Assembly: GCA_905178155.1 (NCBI GenBank)
Contig: CAJINV010000003.1
Coordinates: 7,125,612-7,189,611, forward strand
Source: Amoebophrya sp. A120
Taxonomy: Eukaryota; Protista; Dinoflagellata
Direction: 5' to 3'
Length of the DNA: 64,000 nt
Shown here: piece after piece, positions 12,701 to 26,200 of the stretch
Numbering within the stretch: position 1 is the stretch's first letter
Layout: every line of letters begins with the position of its first letter
Notes under the pieces: generated by a model
Databases searched by the model: none
What the model was told of the DNA's origin: nothing
What the model saw: only the letters and a program-made list of their open reading frames with translations
Program-made: the position numbers and the translations under genes

Positions 12701-15700
12701 GAGCGCGCTGCACTGGTTGTACGGGGCAAGCAGCTAAACTGATGCTTTATTCCCGGTCCCAGGTGCATAGTGTTAGTGACCCGTCAGCATCGTCATAATG
12801 TCTTCATATTTTTTTATTGCTCCCCTGCCGAATGGTAAAAACGGGACGAGTTTTGCTCCGCTCTCTTCCACTTGTGGGGTTGCATCATTGCGCGACGGAA
12901 AGGAATACGAGGAAGGCCGGTTTCTTTATCGTGCGGAGAAAAATAAAAGAAAAATTGAAAAATGCGAACTACGAAGATAATTATCGATAAACAAATAAGC
13001 ACTTCATGAGCTTATTTGTATGGATAGACGTATTGAAGACCACGGGCGCGGCACTGGGAGCCTGTGATGAGTCTCACAAGGGCAGGCAGCGCGCTCGCGC
13101 GGTGGAGGTAGGGCAGCATTAAGCTCCTTGTAAGTTGTTTAAATACTTACTTAAATGCAGCGGCAGCCCCCCACGCCTTTTCCCTTTTGCAATATTAATC
13201 ATCGTCAGAAAAAAAAACAGTAAAATAAGTATAAGAATTATGCTCGGACCGTTTCATCATCTGTCGGCGCATTTATAATGTGCACAACTTTCGAGAAGAA
13301 GCTGTGGGTGAGCCAGCAGCGCTAGGACCTGCGTCACACGCGACAAGAAGGAGAAGGACGAAGAGATAGAAACTCGAACTACAATGACAGGTGCTGCTAT
13401 TTTTTGCCCACCTGCTAACGCACACTTGTTACCCGACAACGGTCGAAAGAGTAGGAATTCTCATCTGCCCGACCGCACAGAAGCACCAAGCCCCTATCTG
13501 TTCATCATATATTGCTTTGTAGAATTAGCTCAGAGTGCTTAACGTTAATTATGCCCCGAGCATCAACGCATTACAATGTGAAAATACCGACAAGGGCGAA
13601 TAACTCCGAACTTGAGCACTTATACAATAATCGCTGGGCCAGATCATAATCCTATCCACCTATCGTTCTTGACGCGGGCAGCTCCGTATGTCTCTCTCGT
13701 CTTGCAGCTGTTCATGTTCTCTACTGTGCTCCTCGTACAGAAAACCCAGCCATGATGCTGCTAGCGGTTTCTGTGGTCATCAAGAATAACAATATGCCAT
13801 AGTAGATGCTTTCTCGTGTCTTATCCACGACCTCGATCACGTTTTTTCTTGTCGTGTGGAGAGAAAATCGTGGTCGTGTGCTCCAACACTTACCTAATCG
13901 ACTTTTTTTATGTTTATCTTCCTTCGCCTTCCTGAGCAACAGAATAATTGAAACACAATTCTTATTTTTTTGCTTTTCCCTCAGGAAAGCAATAAAAAAA
14001 AATCTTATAACTAACAAAGCGAACGATCGAGCAGCACCTCAGGAAGGGCCACGTGGTCTACTGCAGGTATAATTTACCGACGAATTCTGACGCAGCTCCT
14101 ATCAGACAGATGCCTCGTCGAGCATCTTCAAGGAGCTGCACCATCTTCCGCAGGTAGTCACAAGAAGCTGCAAGAGCTCGACTTGAATCCGACTTGCGCA
14201 TACTGCTCAAATTATCATCGCTGAAGACAAAAACACACTCCACGACATATCGAATCACTGTAGTCGTGTACTACGTACTAGTAAGATTTTCAATTCAATT
14301 TTAAATAAGTAGAAAATGAAAATCGCAAAAGTATCGACTGAAGCCGCCTGTGAGAATTTGGCCACTTATACTTATTTGCCAATCTTGCATAAGCATAACA
14401 ACAGCGCGGAAATTTGCAAAAGCTTTGCCTTCTGCTATTCGCAACAAGTAGTAGCTTTGGTCACGATTTCTACGCTGCTCACACATGAATTAAAACTTCC
14501 TCAAAAATCCGACAAACATAAACAGGGAGAGATAGACTTCCATTTGTAATATCAAGATGTGCGATTTTTTTTTATTCGAGATGATTCATATGATAATCAT
14601 TTTCTATTCTCTTCTATGGGTCGCAGGCTTGATGTATTTCAGAGCTGAGGGCATGACGAATTATTTCGAGGATTTCCTGCCAGGTTTATTTCTCAATCTC
14701 AATTTGACCCGGCCGATGGCCGAATCACAGGAGAAATCAAAATAACTGCAGCTGCTTGTTTGCGGGCTGCTTGTTTGTAAAAATACAAGGACGGAGTACC
14801 TACTACCGGGCGTGTTCCATTGTGTATTTGTATACCAAGGGGAACATGAGGTGGCACAACCTCTGCTACTTGTGCAGCAGGTCATGGCAACATCTTCGCT
14901 CCATTCTCCCAATTAGCCGCAAGCGGCTAGCTGGAGGCAGGGGGTGTATCTGTATATCGAAGAAAGTAAATGGATGACGCGGTTGACGTAGTGCATGAAG
15001 TGCTTGTTCTTTATCTTGTCATCCTTTTTCTATGAGAAACCGCTGATGAGAACAAGGAGCAAGAAAATGAGTCAAACTCCTTGCTCTACATTGCAGTAAA
15101 ACCAAAGCTATATGCGCGGTGGCAAATCCCGATCGTCCGCCTTCGGGCTGCAGGAGCTGAATTCGTTTTGCTTCTGGTGCAGGTGAAGCTGAAGTAGGAG
15201 CAAGCGCTGATATAACTAAAAAGAATCAAACTCTAAATAGAGGTAGGTATAAGGGATAAGGTAAAGGCATCGGCGTCGCGGCTGTCGTCATCAATCTGGA
15301 ACTTTTCTTTATTCGAGCTGTCACTGCATGAAGGTTGAGTAACGAACCCCAAGCCGCGCATCGAGGTGTCATTTTAATTTTTGCGTTTTGTTGCCTACTT
15401 AAAGGCCGAATTAGTTGTACTGCTACTAGAGGACTGCTTCTACGCTGTGAACGACATTACGGCACGCGCGGCGCCTGCGACTTTCGCTTTTTTCTTTGCG
15501 TGTAGCCTCGTTGTTTTCAGTGGTCCACTCCAGTGAAGGAACTAAGGGGTTTCTGGGCGAGATAATTTGAGGTCTATTTACAGCCAAGCGCAGCTGCAAA
15601 GCGAGCCACATCAGGGCAACATGTTGTAGGGCTCGAGTCTCGGCTTGGAAAATGTTGCCAAAGACTAGCCCTGCTGGTTGTGCGTATTTATAGAAGCAAA

Positions 15701-16317
15701 AAGGACAGCTATCAAATAAAAATAATAATAAATAATAAAAATAAATTAGAAATAAAACCAAGAGTCAATCGCTCACGTCTCAGAGTAGTAAACCAAAATA
15801 GGAAAACGGAGCCCAACAAAGAAATCGAGAGAGTGCTGGAGCAAAAGCGATAGTCTAAATCCATTGACAAAGATCATAAATTGCTATGTGAAAATGGAGG
15901 AGGGATATCCTGAAGATTTACCAATCGGGTGAAATACCGTCACTACGAAGACTCTACTTGATTCGTTCAAACCATGACGAACTCTACTGAGGCGCCAGGT
16001 AATATTATGAAAAAAGTAGATGGGGAAATGTACGAAAAAAAATGTACGGGCAAATGAGAGCTGTAAGTATTGACAAATGCTGGAATAGATGAAATCCAGG
16101 GAGTAGAAAGTCGCAGCCTGCGGCGCGCCATCAAGAAAAGGCTAGCATCCTCGTTACCAGATTCAGTTCTATCATGGAGATTTCGCATGGGAAAGACAAC
16201 CAACATATTTACCAGCGTGTCACGTTCAAACAAAATTCACGGCCGCACAACATAAAATCGCTTCAGGTCATCTCGGCGCCGCAATGCTCCAACTTCAGAG
16301 GTTGAAGGAGAAAGCGA

Positions 16318-16699
16318 GAGCGGGGTAACAAAATTAAAAAAGAGGTCCTCGGGGGACCTCTTGTCCCCCCGGCTGGGCGGACAAGAGGTCCCCCCGTTTT
16401 GCTGCCGGAGCGTCCGCCACGCAGAGTTCCCCCCCCGTCGTGTCGCCGCGTCGGATATTTCGGGCGAAACGGGAGGGGACCTCTTGCCCCCCCGTTTCGC
16501 AGAGAAATCGGCTATGTATTTGGTATACAGGACAAGAGGTCCCCAGCGTTTGACCCGAAATAGCCGGCGCGGCGACACGGGGGCGAACTCTGCGAGCCGG
16601 CCGCGGCTCTGGCAACAGAAGGGGGGGACCTCTTGTCCGTCCTGCCGGGGGGACAAGAGGTCCCCCGAGGACCTCTTTTTTTATTTTGTTACCCCGCTC
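16318..16699. mobile_element. MITE with GAGCGGGGTAACAAA termini, TSD CGA
   Basis: Almost fully palindromic, 382 bp. CGA at 16315-16317 and 16700-16702. Homologous to 44432-44810 in opposite orientation. Confidence 0.95.
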
Positions 16700-17671
16700 C
16701 GAGGAAGTGGGAGCAAAGCAGAAACACAAAATCAAAAATGCATGCAATACAAAGAAAGCGAAAGATGCTGCACGCAGCTCCATGTATGAAATGCTACTGG
16801 TACTGCTCACTTCGGGTTCTTCGGGTAACTACATCTGAATCTGATAGCGGTGGTGCATGTCTTTCACGATACATTTCAGCGCCAGGAGTTGTTCGCCCCG
16901 CCGACATTCGACGCCGCCGAATATTGTGCGCGACGGTTTTGCTATGCATCTTTCAATACTGTGGACTTGTTGTAGCTGCGGCCGATGGTAGCTCCCATCA
17001 GTCCCTTCAGGTCGCATCGTGCCAGGAGCTGACCCACAGATAAAACACTACCGGGAGCAGTCGTTGTCGTTCGCTTATCGTGTGTGGCTAGGCACTGATC
17101 GCGGGATGTATCGCCGTCAAGTGCGGAAGGCTGTGTTTTTCTTCATGTTTAATTACTTGTTGTTGTTTCATCTACTTTTGGCGCTATTCATAATCACTGG
17201 CACCATCCATGACAGAAATCAGCGCCGGAGACGTAGTAGGTAGTCTGGTTTGACGAGAGTTCTTCCCGCCTTTTCTTTCGTTCAAACTGTTGTAAAATGA
17301 ATCGCCGAAAAATGCGGCAGCTGCTAGTAAGACAAAGGGCACGCTAAACTGTTCCACTGCTCTGGCCGCATGCATCCAAAGCCACAAGTATCCAAGATTC
17401 ATATCCTTCCATGCGCCGCTCCAGTTTGTTGCTGTTTTTTATTTTTTTTGAAAGATACCATACGCCAAGAATGTGAAACTCCTGGATCATGAAGAATAAA
17501 TTGCTCCGGGCCGAAGTATGTTGTTCTCCATGAACACATATCCATGCAACTTTAATAGGATTCTTCTGATAGTAGAACTGCGCGAAGAGTACTTCGCAGG
17601 AGCTGAATGTACACATACATGCTACCACCTGTTAGAAACATGACGCAGCCACTGTTTCTCTTCGCCGAGCG

Positions 17672-18546
17672 AAGCTACATCAATTGGCGTTAGTGTAGTC
17701 GGAACACGGGGGACACGAGGGGGCGCTGCTTTGTGCGCGTGGAGGCCAAGCTTCTGCTTCCCTGGTAACCTCTATTTCGCGCGTCTGCGCAGTACTCCGC
17801 CGACTGCTAAAAGAGTACGGATCCTGCCGCGGTGGTCCTTTGTGGTCCCGCGCTGCGGCCCGGACCCGGCTGTAGTGGTCTGCCCCTCAATTCTTCTCTT
17901 GGGGGCGCCACGAGGTGTCGGCGTGCCGGCAGTGCCTCGCGCGTGCGAGGCGGTCGCGCCGTGGCCGGGGTGCAGGTTGTGCGCCTCGATGCTCCCGGGG
18001 CCATGAGGCGGTTAGCGGAGTACGGTCACGCGTTACCGGAGTACACCTCATGGCCCTTCCGCCGTGGTCAGTGCCATGCACCGGCGGGTTGTCGGGGCGG
18101 ATGCGGACGCAGGTGCCGATCATCCGCGCCGGCCGTGGGGCGGAGTACGTTACCGGAGTGCACCCCACGGCCCTTCCACGTTCGGAAGAGGGAGTCTTTC
18201 TGTGGCCGACGGGCAGCGGAGGGTCGCGTGCCGGTCGGCGGGCCGGGCGGGGTCCCTACTGGGGCCCGGTTTGCGCGGCTTCTTCAGGCGGCGGCCGCCG
18301 GAGCCAGGCCTGCGCCGCTTCCTCCTGCAGGAGTAGGTCGACCCAGGAGGCGGACACGGCCGGGCTACGCAGTTCCGCCCAGGAGCGGGTCTGCATGCAC
18401 GCGAGTAGGTGGCCCGGGCTGTTGTCTTTGCTGCCGCATAGGGCGCAGGGTCTGACGGTAAGCCCCGCGCTTGTGAGCAGCTTGAAGCGTGCCCCATTGA
18501 TGATGGCCGCCGCGGTAACCTGTACGCGCAAAGCTACATCAATTGG
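17672..18546. mobile_element. GC-rich 843-bp insertion (17688-18530) flanked by a 16-bp direct repeat
   Basis: AAGCTACATCAATTGG at 17672-17687 and 18531-18546. Abrupt GC rise inside, no TIR. Confidence 0.85.
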
Positions 18547-18853
18547 AACTTCTTCATCACCAACATCCAGCATACTTAGTTACTTCATGTACAATCTCCA
18601 CGGATGCTCTTGCTCCAAACAGTTTTGAGCGACTGCAGCACAAAGTGCCGCGCTGAGCGGGCTGTGCGATTCTACATACGCTTCATCAGAGCGATCCTCC
18701 TTGCACATGCCCGAAGAGAAGTGCGGTGGGCTTTTTCTTCCATCTTGCTCTAACAGTGGCCGCAAGAAGGACAGAATTAAGTATTAAAAACAAGAAGTAA
18801 AGTGTCGCTCAACATCCACATCGTATCTTCGCAACATTTTATACGCTCTGTCG

Positions 18854-19428
18854 CTACACCTGCTTATGGAGAGCAAATTTGGCCGCGGTGAGAATCGTGG
18901 GCATGGATTCCTCGTCAAACCAAAACATAGTGCGGGTGGGCTTCAAATTTTGCATCAGCATCCCGTCCATATAAGGAATGTGGCGTGCGGTGGTGATGAC
19001 AAGCTCGAACGTCTTCTCGCTCTTCCCGGGACATCGCACTCCGTTTTATCAAGTGCAAATGTCTATGGGTCTGGAAATTTCTTATTAACATTTATATGCT
19101 GTTTGGCGAATCACAGGGACACCTCCTGATTGCTGACAAGTTTTTGAGCTGCTAAGTGTAGCTAGGTCATGCTGCCTAATCAATCTGCATGAAAAAGACA
19201 AAAACAAACTGCGATTCTGCATGACAGAAAAGCGTGGCTTCTAGCGAACGCAGGCCCAGACATGTTTGCATTTAATACGTTCATCAACTCGACAAATTTC
19301 CGGGCGATCTTTCTGGACCGGAAATGCAGGAACGCGTAACCGAGGTTCACTCCGCGGATGTTTTGTGGGAGGTCCATAAAATCAACGAACTGAGCAACCA
19401 CGGGATCTAATACTTCCGACGTTGCCAT
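18854..19428 (-). CDS. Mei2-like C-terminal RRM (RRM_2) domain exons, part of a larger gene
   Basis: DFMDLPQNIRGVNLGYAFLHFRSRKIARKFVELMN|GVRCPGKSEKTFELVITTAR matches the Mei2 RRM3 pattern DF.YLP...N.GYAF.N.....F...FNG.....S.K......A once the introner is removed. Confidence 0.8.
19047..19277. mobile_element. TAT...ATA introner inside the RRM domain, TSD CGTTT/CGTTC
   Basis: TIRs TATCAAGTGCAAATGTCTATGGG and TATTAAATGCAAACATGTCTGGG. In-frame join ELMN|GVRC. Confidence 0.9.
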
Positions 19429-20257
19429 CGCTGTCCTGGCAAAACAACCCAGAGGCAGCGCAAAAGACTGATCGATACGAAATACCTCTTAGTTTGCTTT
19501 TGCGCAATAATTCAAAATAAATTGTCATGCTGACTTTGTTCGTGAAACTTATTCATGATATCTTTTCCATTTTACCTGCATCTTCACACGCCATGGCAAT
19601 CTCTACAAGTAGTCCAAATGCGCCAAAAATTGGCACCATTGGGATGAAACACATCATCAACACCTTGTAGCAATACTTCGAAAAAATAGATTCATTTTTT
19701 CCGAAGAAATACGAATAGGAAATCAACATGTCGCACATAAAAATAATAATTTGCAGGCACTAACCTGTCATCCCGGAAATGTATGATGAACGTCCCTGCT
19801 TCTACTTTGAACTGCCTCCGGAATTCCTTTACATAATAATGATACTCCCGTTCTTCGACCAGGGTCCAATCAGGACGTGTGTACTGCTGGTCTCATCACC
19901 TGTCAAATAACCACGCATTTTCTTTTTCACGACGGTGCCAACTACAGCATCACTTAGTGCTAGGAAATGTCAATGCCCAGATTCAAAAGTAAGTACAACG
20001 CAAGTTCTTGTCAAGCACCAATATTACCACGACTGCGACTGCGACAGCGAAGATCATTCTAGCATACCATGACTCGTCAGCACTTTTTTCGTCTTATAAT
20101 GAAATGCATCTACTCACAACTAAAACTAGGTCGAGGCCGTTGCAGGTCAAATACAACGTTTTCTCCGTCTTCGTGCAAGTCACCTCACGACGAGTACTAC
20201 ACAATGACATCAACTCAAACTCTGTATAAAAATATGTTGACTTGTTATCGTTTTCCT

Positions 20258-23200
20258 TACCTTGCTCCACCGCAGAGGACGAGCTTGTGGGGGATGTTGA
20301 CGGCTGGTCCGGCTTCCGCAGGTCAAAAAATGCAGGGTCGACGCGCGAGGATTCCTTGAATTGGTCCCAACTGATATGGGACTCTCAAACGTTACATTCT
20401 CAACTGTTACATGAATTTGTCATGCAAAATTGGCACCAGCATCTAGATGACCAAGCTGCTTCGCATGACAAGTTTTCGACGCGCCAAATAGCATCATACT
20501 CTGCTTCAAACCTGTAATGCAAAAGGCGCAACCTTTTCCCTTTCACTTTTATTGCTATTCGTGCATTACAAATTTCATGTAACAGTTGAGAATATAACAG
20601 TAACGTTTGAGAACACCATAACTGAACTTTTTTCGTTCCATTTCATGTAGCGCCCGCAGGTGTTCGTAGTCGGCTCGGGTCTTCGGATTCGGCGTCTCCT
20701 CCCAAGAAGAGGAGGACGACTTCGAGTTTGACTGCGATTGACTTTTACTACTGCTGCTGTTGGTGTTGGCCTCCTCCGGGGCATTCTGCTGCGGGATTGA
20801 AGAGATGTTGGAGCTCGTATTACTACTTTTGGTCACCGAAGCGGGCATCTTCAAGCTCGTGGGGGACGGAGAGGCACTCATCTGGAGTTGTTGATAATGA
20901 TGTTGGCAGGAGTGTGCTGCCCTTTAGCGGGCTGCAGTCGTATTGTTGATATCAAAGAAATGAATTTCTTCGATCTTCATCCCAGCTGGAGGAATATTGA
21001 ATAAGAGCGGGGTAACAAATTCGGACGATTTGTGGTCATCCCACTTTTCACCCGCCCGGCCGGGTGGGTGAAAAGTGGGACAAAACCAGGATCCTGTCCT
21101 CTCACTGGTCGGATCTGCGCTCGTGCTCCCTCTCTGCTCGCTCGCGTCGCGGCGACGCGCGCACAGCCGAGCGCACGCGGCGCGCGACACGACGTCGCAG
21201 CCGGCTCTGTCGCGTGCTCTCGCGCTCGCCACGCCGCGACGCACACGCGAACGCACGCGCAAAGCGGCACAACACAGCAGACAAGCAAGCTCGTCGCGTC
21301 TGCGCGTCGCTCGTGCGCGTGCGCTCGTGTTGCGCTGCGTTGCGGCTCGCGCGATGCAAGACGCGCAGCGCACGCACACGCGCGCGAGACGAACAGCATG
21401 CAAGCAGCGAGAGGCAGCAACGAGAAGAGAGAGGGGCGGAGCGAGACGCCAGACGACGGCCGCGTCGGTCGCTCTTGCTGCTGTTGCTCTCTCGCCGCGC
21501 CTCCTTCGCGCGCACTCTCTCTCGTCGCGCGCCGAGACGCGAGACGCGCGAAGCGGAAACATGAAGACGCGACGCGAAGCAAGAGCACGAGACACGAGCG
21601 CGAGACGCACGAGCGCGAGACGCACCAGCGCGCCGCCGTTCGTCGCGTCTGCTGCAGCCTGTTGTCGCGCGCGCGCACAGGCGCGCGGCACGCAACGCGG
21701 GGGCGCGCGCTTCTCGCGCTCTCGGATGCGTGCGCGCGCGCACGCACAGCGAGCGAGAAACGCAGCCACGCAGCAGCCGCGAGCAGCACGCGCGCATGCC
21801 ACGCGCAGCAGAAATCGATGAAGGCGAAGGCGACACGCGAGAGCGGCACGCGCGCGAGCGACGACACGATCGCAGACACGCGCGAAGAGCACGTGCTCGC
21901 GCAGCCGCGACGAGCGCCGCCACGAAGACACACACGCACGCAGAAGAGCACAAGCGCCGGAGGCGAGCAGGCGAGCGCGCGCGCAGCCGCGGGACAGATG
22001 CATGTGGCCCGCGGCGCGGAGCGCGCGAACTGTCCCGCGGGTGCGCGCGTGCGGCTGTCTGCGCGCGCGCCGCGCAGCGCGAACGCGACGAACGCGAGCG
22101 CAGGCGCACAGCTCTGCTGTGTGTCGCGTGTCGTGCTCTGTCTCGTCCGGCTTCGCGCTGATGTGGTGCGCGCGCGCCCTCGCGCGCGCGGCAGCAGCTG
22201 CGAGGCGCAAGGCGGGAGGCGGAAGCGACGAGCGCAGACGGGCGAGACACTCACACGCGCACGGCACACACATGTGGCGCCACAGCAGCGCGAGCGCTGG
22301 TTTGTCGCGCGCGCGAGACGCGAGACGAGGCGCATGAGCGAACAAATCCGAGCGGCGCGCGCGCGAGAGCGCCACAAAGGCGCAGAATGGCACGCACGAG
22401 CGTGCTTCTCTCGTTGTGCGCCGCGCCCTGCGTGCCGCTGGCTCGCACGCGTCGCTGCGCGTGCGCGCGCACGAGCGCGCGAACAGCGCACACGGCAGAA
22501 GACGCACGCGCCGCGCAGCGATGCGAAACGCCGCGACGAGGCGAGCGAACCAACGCCGCTCGCCGTGTCTTGTGCCGCTGTCGCGTCGCCGTCTCTGCGC
22601 GGGCGTGCGCCTCGCGCTGCGCGTGCGCGCGCGGCACACACGAGCGCGACGCGCCGACGACGCGGGCGCGCGGGCGCAGAACGAGCAGAGACGCACGCGC
22701 GAAGCGCGACGCCGAAGATGGACGCAGCACTGCACAGCCGCCAGCGCGGCAAAACCGGCGAGGCGCCGCAAGGCGGCATGTCGCGTTCTCTGCCGCTGTC
22801 CCTCGCTGCGGCTCTGCGCTCGCGTCGCGTTGCCAGACGCGCGCGCGAAGGGCCGCAGAGGCGACGCAGCAGCACGCACGCAAGCGCCGTCGCATGCGTG
22901 GCGCGCGTCGTGCGCGCGCGCTGCGCCGAGAGCGAGCACGCCAGCGCGAAGAGGAGCCTGCGTCGGCGCGCGCGCCGCCGCTGGCGGCTGCCGCGCGCTC
23001 TCGCGCGGATGTGCGCGCGACGCGCAGGAGCGCGAGCGCCCGGCGACGACGCGAGGGGCGAGCACGCGCGCGAGCACCGGCGTAGCAGCGAGCCGGCGCG
23101 CTCGCGCGTGCTGCTGTGCGCTTGGCGGCGCGCGCAAGCAAGCCGGCGCGACGCGAACGAGCAGAGCGCGACGAGAGAAGCACGCGACGAGCGAACGCGG

Positions 23201-26200
23201 CGTCGCGCGCCGGCTCCGCGCTCGTGTCGGTGTGCTCTCGTGTGGTTCGCGCTCTGCGCGTGGGCGTGTCGCTCTGCCGCACGTGCGCGAGGCGGTGCGC
23301 GCGCTTCCGCGGCGCTCCGCGTCGCGTCTTGTGCTTCGTGCCCGCTGCGCGCGCGCGCCTAAAGCAGCTCTGCTCTCGTGCCGCTCGCTTCTTCGCCGCG
23401 CTCGTATGCGTGCGTGCCGCTGTGATGTGTGTCTGTCGCTTGCGTGTGACGCGCTGCGGCGGGCTCTGCGGCTGCGTGTGTCGCAGCGCGCGCGCACGAG
23501 CATTCTCCGACTAGTGGGGCAGGATCCTGGTTTTGTCCCACTTTTCACCCACCCGGCCGGGCGGGTGAAAAGTGGGATGACCACAAATCGTCCGAATTTG
23601 TTACCCCGCTCTAAACTTGTTGGCTTCATCACGAACAAAATCAACTCACTGCTAGTCGCACTGTATCACACGGCAACGGCGCTATCAAGTAAAAATATTA
23701 CCTCACGCGCTTGCTTCAGTGATTTAGAACCCGACTTCGCCGTCGGCGAGGCTCCAAGAATTTTTTTTCCGCCAGCTGCAGATGTTGGCGAAGATATTGA
23801 GATGCAATGCAGTTCTTGGCTTATAATACCGTTACTGTCGACTTTCTTTTTACAGTTGCAAAAATAAAGCAAAGCTCTTCTATACTCGGAAATTATACAA
23901 ATAAATTTGAATTTACTCGTCCATGCGTACTAAAAAAAAAAAAACTACACACGACGTCCCGCTCCTGTGCGCTTTGTTCCTTCTTCACGGGATTAGTTGA
24001 GAAGGTTTACATAGGTGGTATGTCAATCATCACCATGTCTCAATATTTTTAAGATGAAGCGCGTCCATCATCGTGTTCACAGACACAGTCACAGACGTGA
24101 TCATGAGGACACGCTTTCGCCCGGCAAAGTCGACGTCATGCACATCTCTAGGAAATGAATGGCACGTTTTCGCAGCATTCATCATCACTACATATTTATA
24201 CATATAGATAAAATCAAATGCAAATAATCTACTCCCGCCCAGCCACAGCCGGAAGTCAAACCGGGAAAATTAAGCAGCTGCACTTTTGTTCCCTTCGGAT
24301 AAATGAGGCCGCAGGAGAATCATTTTCCTCCGGTAGACGCGGAGTAGAGGGGGAGGAGGCTGCCGCATTTGCCGTCTCCAACTTTGTGCCGACGTAATCT
24401 GATTGTCCCCTTTGTCCGGTAGAAAAATAACGTCAGCGGATCACATTTGCAACTAGAGTGCCCAAATGCAAAGGGACGGCCACCGTCGCTCTTGCGTGTT
24501 GTCGCCAGAACCTTTCTTACTGCATCCTTTCTTGCTTTGGCAGCTTTCGGCCATAACACATCTACATGACACCGTGTCGTGACTTCAATTTTATTCCTAT
24601 CTGTCTTCGTTCTACTATGTTTCGCAAATATGATGCATGCCAGTCATAATTCTATGTGAGATACGTCCTTGCCCGTGCTAAGTTCCACTTCCACCTCCTC
24701 CTCGTCTTCGAACACTACGTCCAGTAGGTCGCTTTCTACTATATCAAATGCAAAAGTGTCTGGGTCTGGAAGATTGCGAGATTTGTCATGCTGATCTGGC
24801 ATGGCCCTTAGTAAATCTGTATTGCGTGGCCACAAACAGCCTCTCTCGCCTGTCATGCAAATAAAACGCAGTTTCTCATGCGGAATACGCAGTACAGAAG
24901 CACAAAGCAACTTGTCATGCCTGGCGGCGAATTACAGTGCATTTGTTATTGACTGACTTGCATCACAAGTTTCCAGACCCAAACATTTTTGCATTCGATA
25001 TGCTAAAGCAGCCAATTCTTCACCTACACCTCGAGCTTCGTCGTCATCTGCTTCCGGCGCCAGCTCCGTGGGAGGCATTTTTTCCAGCTCACTTTCATCA
25101 CTGTCGATCGGCCTGTGATGTAGTTGTTGATGTCGTGCACCATTGTATGTTTTTTGATGATGTTCGTGTTCCCTAGTCACCGTAGTTTCCATTGTATTTA
25201 GTTGTCCACGAGGCCGCGAGAAACTATCATTAAAAACAAAGCCCTTTGGTTCCGCAAGCTGTTGCACTTGCAAGCACACCGACACCCGAAGACCTTCATT
25301 GAATCTTGTGCCGACGGCCTTTTGCTACAACAAATAATTGAGCATATGCAGCATATATTGCGCCACCGCGTATCGATGGAGTGCGGTGCATCTGGTTGGA
25401 CGATTCGTATCTTCCTTGTGGTGGATAGATCCGCTTGTTCAATAAACCATCTGCATCTACTTCTACAGAAAGTATCTATACAAGTATCCATGATGTGCAC
25501 AGAAAATGGGTTGTACCCGTCTTCGAGCTGCCAGCAGCCGACGAGCGAAGTTCCGTGGATGAGGTCGTGAAAGTCCGGCTCTGTCATATGGGAGTGCAAA
25601 AGTTACTTATCCCCTGCCCTAAGACGCGTCCTCGTGCGTTCCTTTGTCAACATGTCCAATACAGAGTGCAACTTCTACTTCCCTACCCTACCACCTGACA
25701 CTTTTACAAGCGTTCTCTAAGCAGCATGCATCTCCATGAGTTTTCCGTTTGCCTTACGGTAAAATGCCGAAATAAGCCCGAGCAACACTATGTATGATGT
25801 AAAACTACTGTGGTCCGGGTCTGGAATCGTGTTCGTACCGCAGGAGATGCATTTTTCCCAGTGCCTCTGCTCCTGAACACCGATAGACTCCCTCGAAATG
25901 AGGGGGGGGGAGAAGGACGCTGCGCACTCTCATACGTAAGAAGCATATGCAACAAGCAAAGCAAGTAGCTCTAGCGGCCGCCCTTTCCTCTGAATATGCT
26001 GCAAACTCCTCTAGAGCTGCTCATGTTGATCCAGTTGTACATGCATACGCAGATATAGCATCAATCATAAAAGCTGACTGATTCAAATGCAGCTATAAAT
26101 CAAAGATCATGAATGCTGGAGCGAAACTATAAAGAACAGCATTCCTAATCATGATGCGTGGCCCTTCGCCTTCGTCCACGGATCTCTCCGGGCTAGAACA

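Noticed and set aside
17688-17760. tRNA gene
   Set aside because: Only an A-box-like stretch, with no T-arm/B-box or acceptor stem.
20977-23867. Several very long overlapping ORFs (483-906 aa) as real proteins or a transposase
   Set aside because: They occur in multiple frames on both strands, are R/A/C-rich and show no domain motifs. Near absence of TA explains the lack of stop codons.
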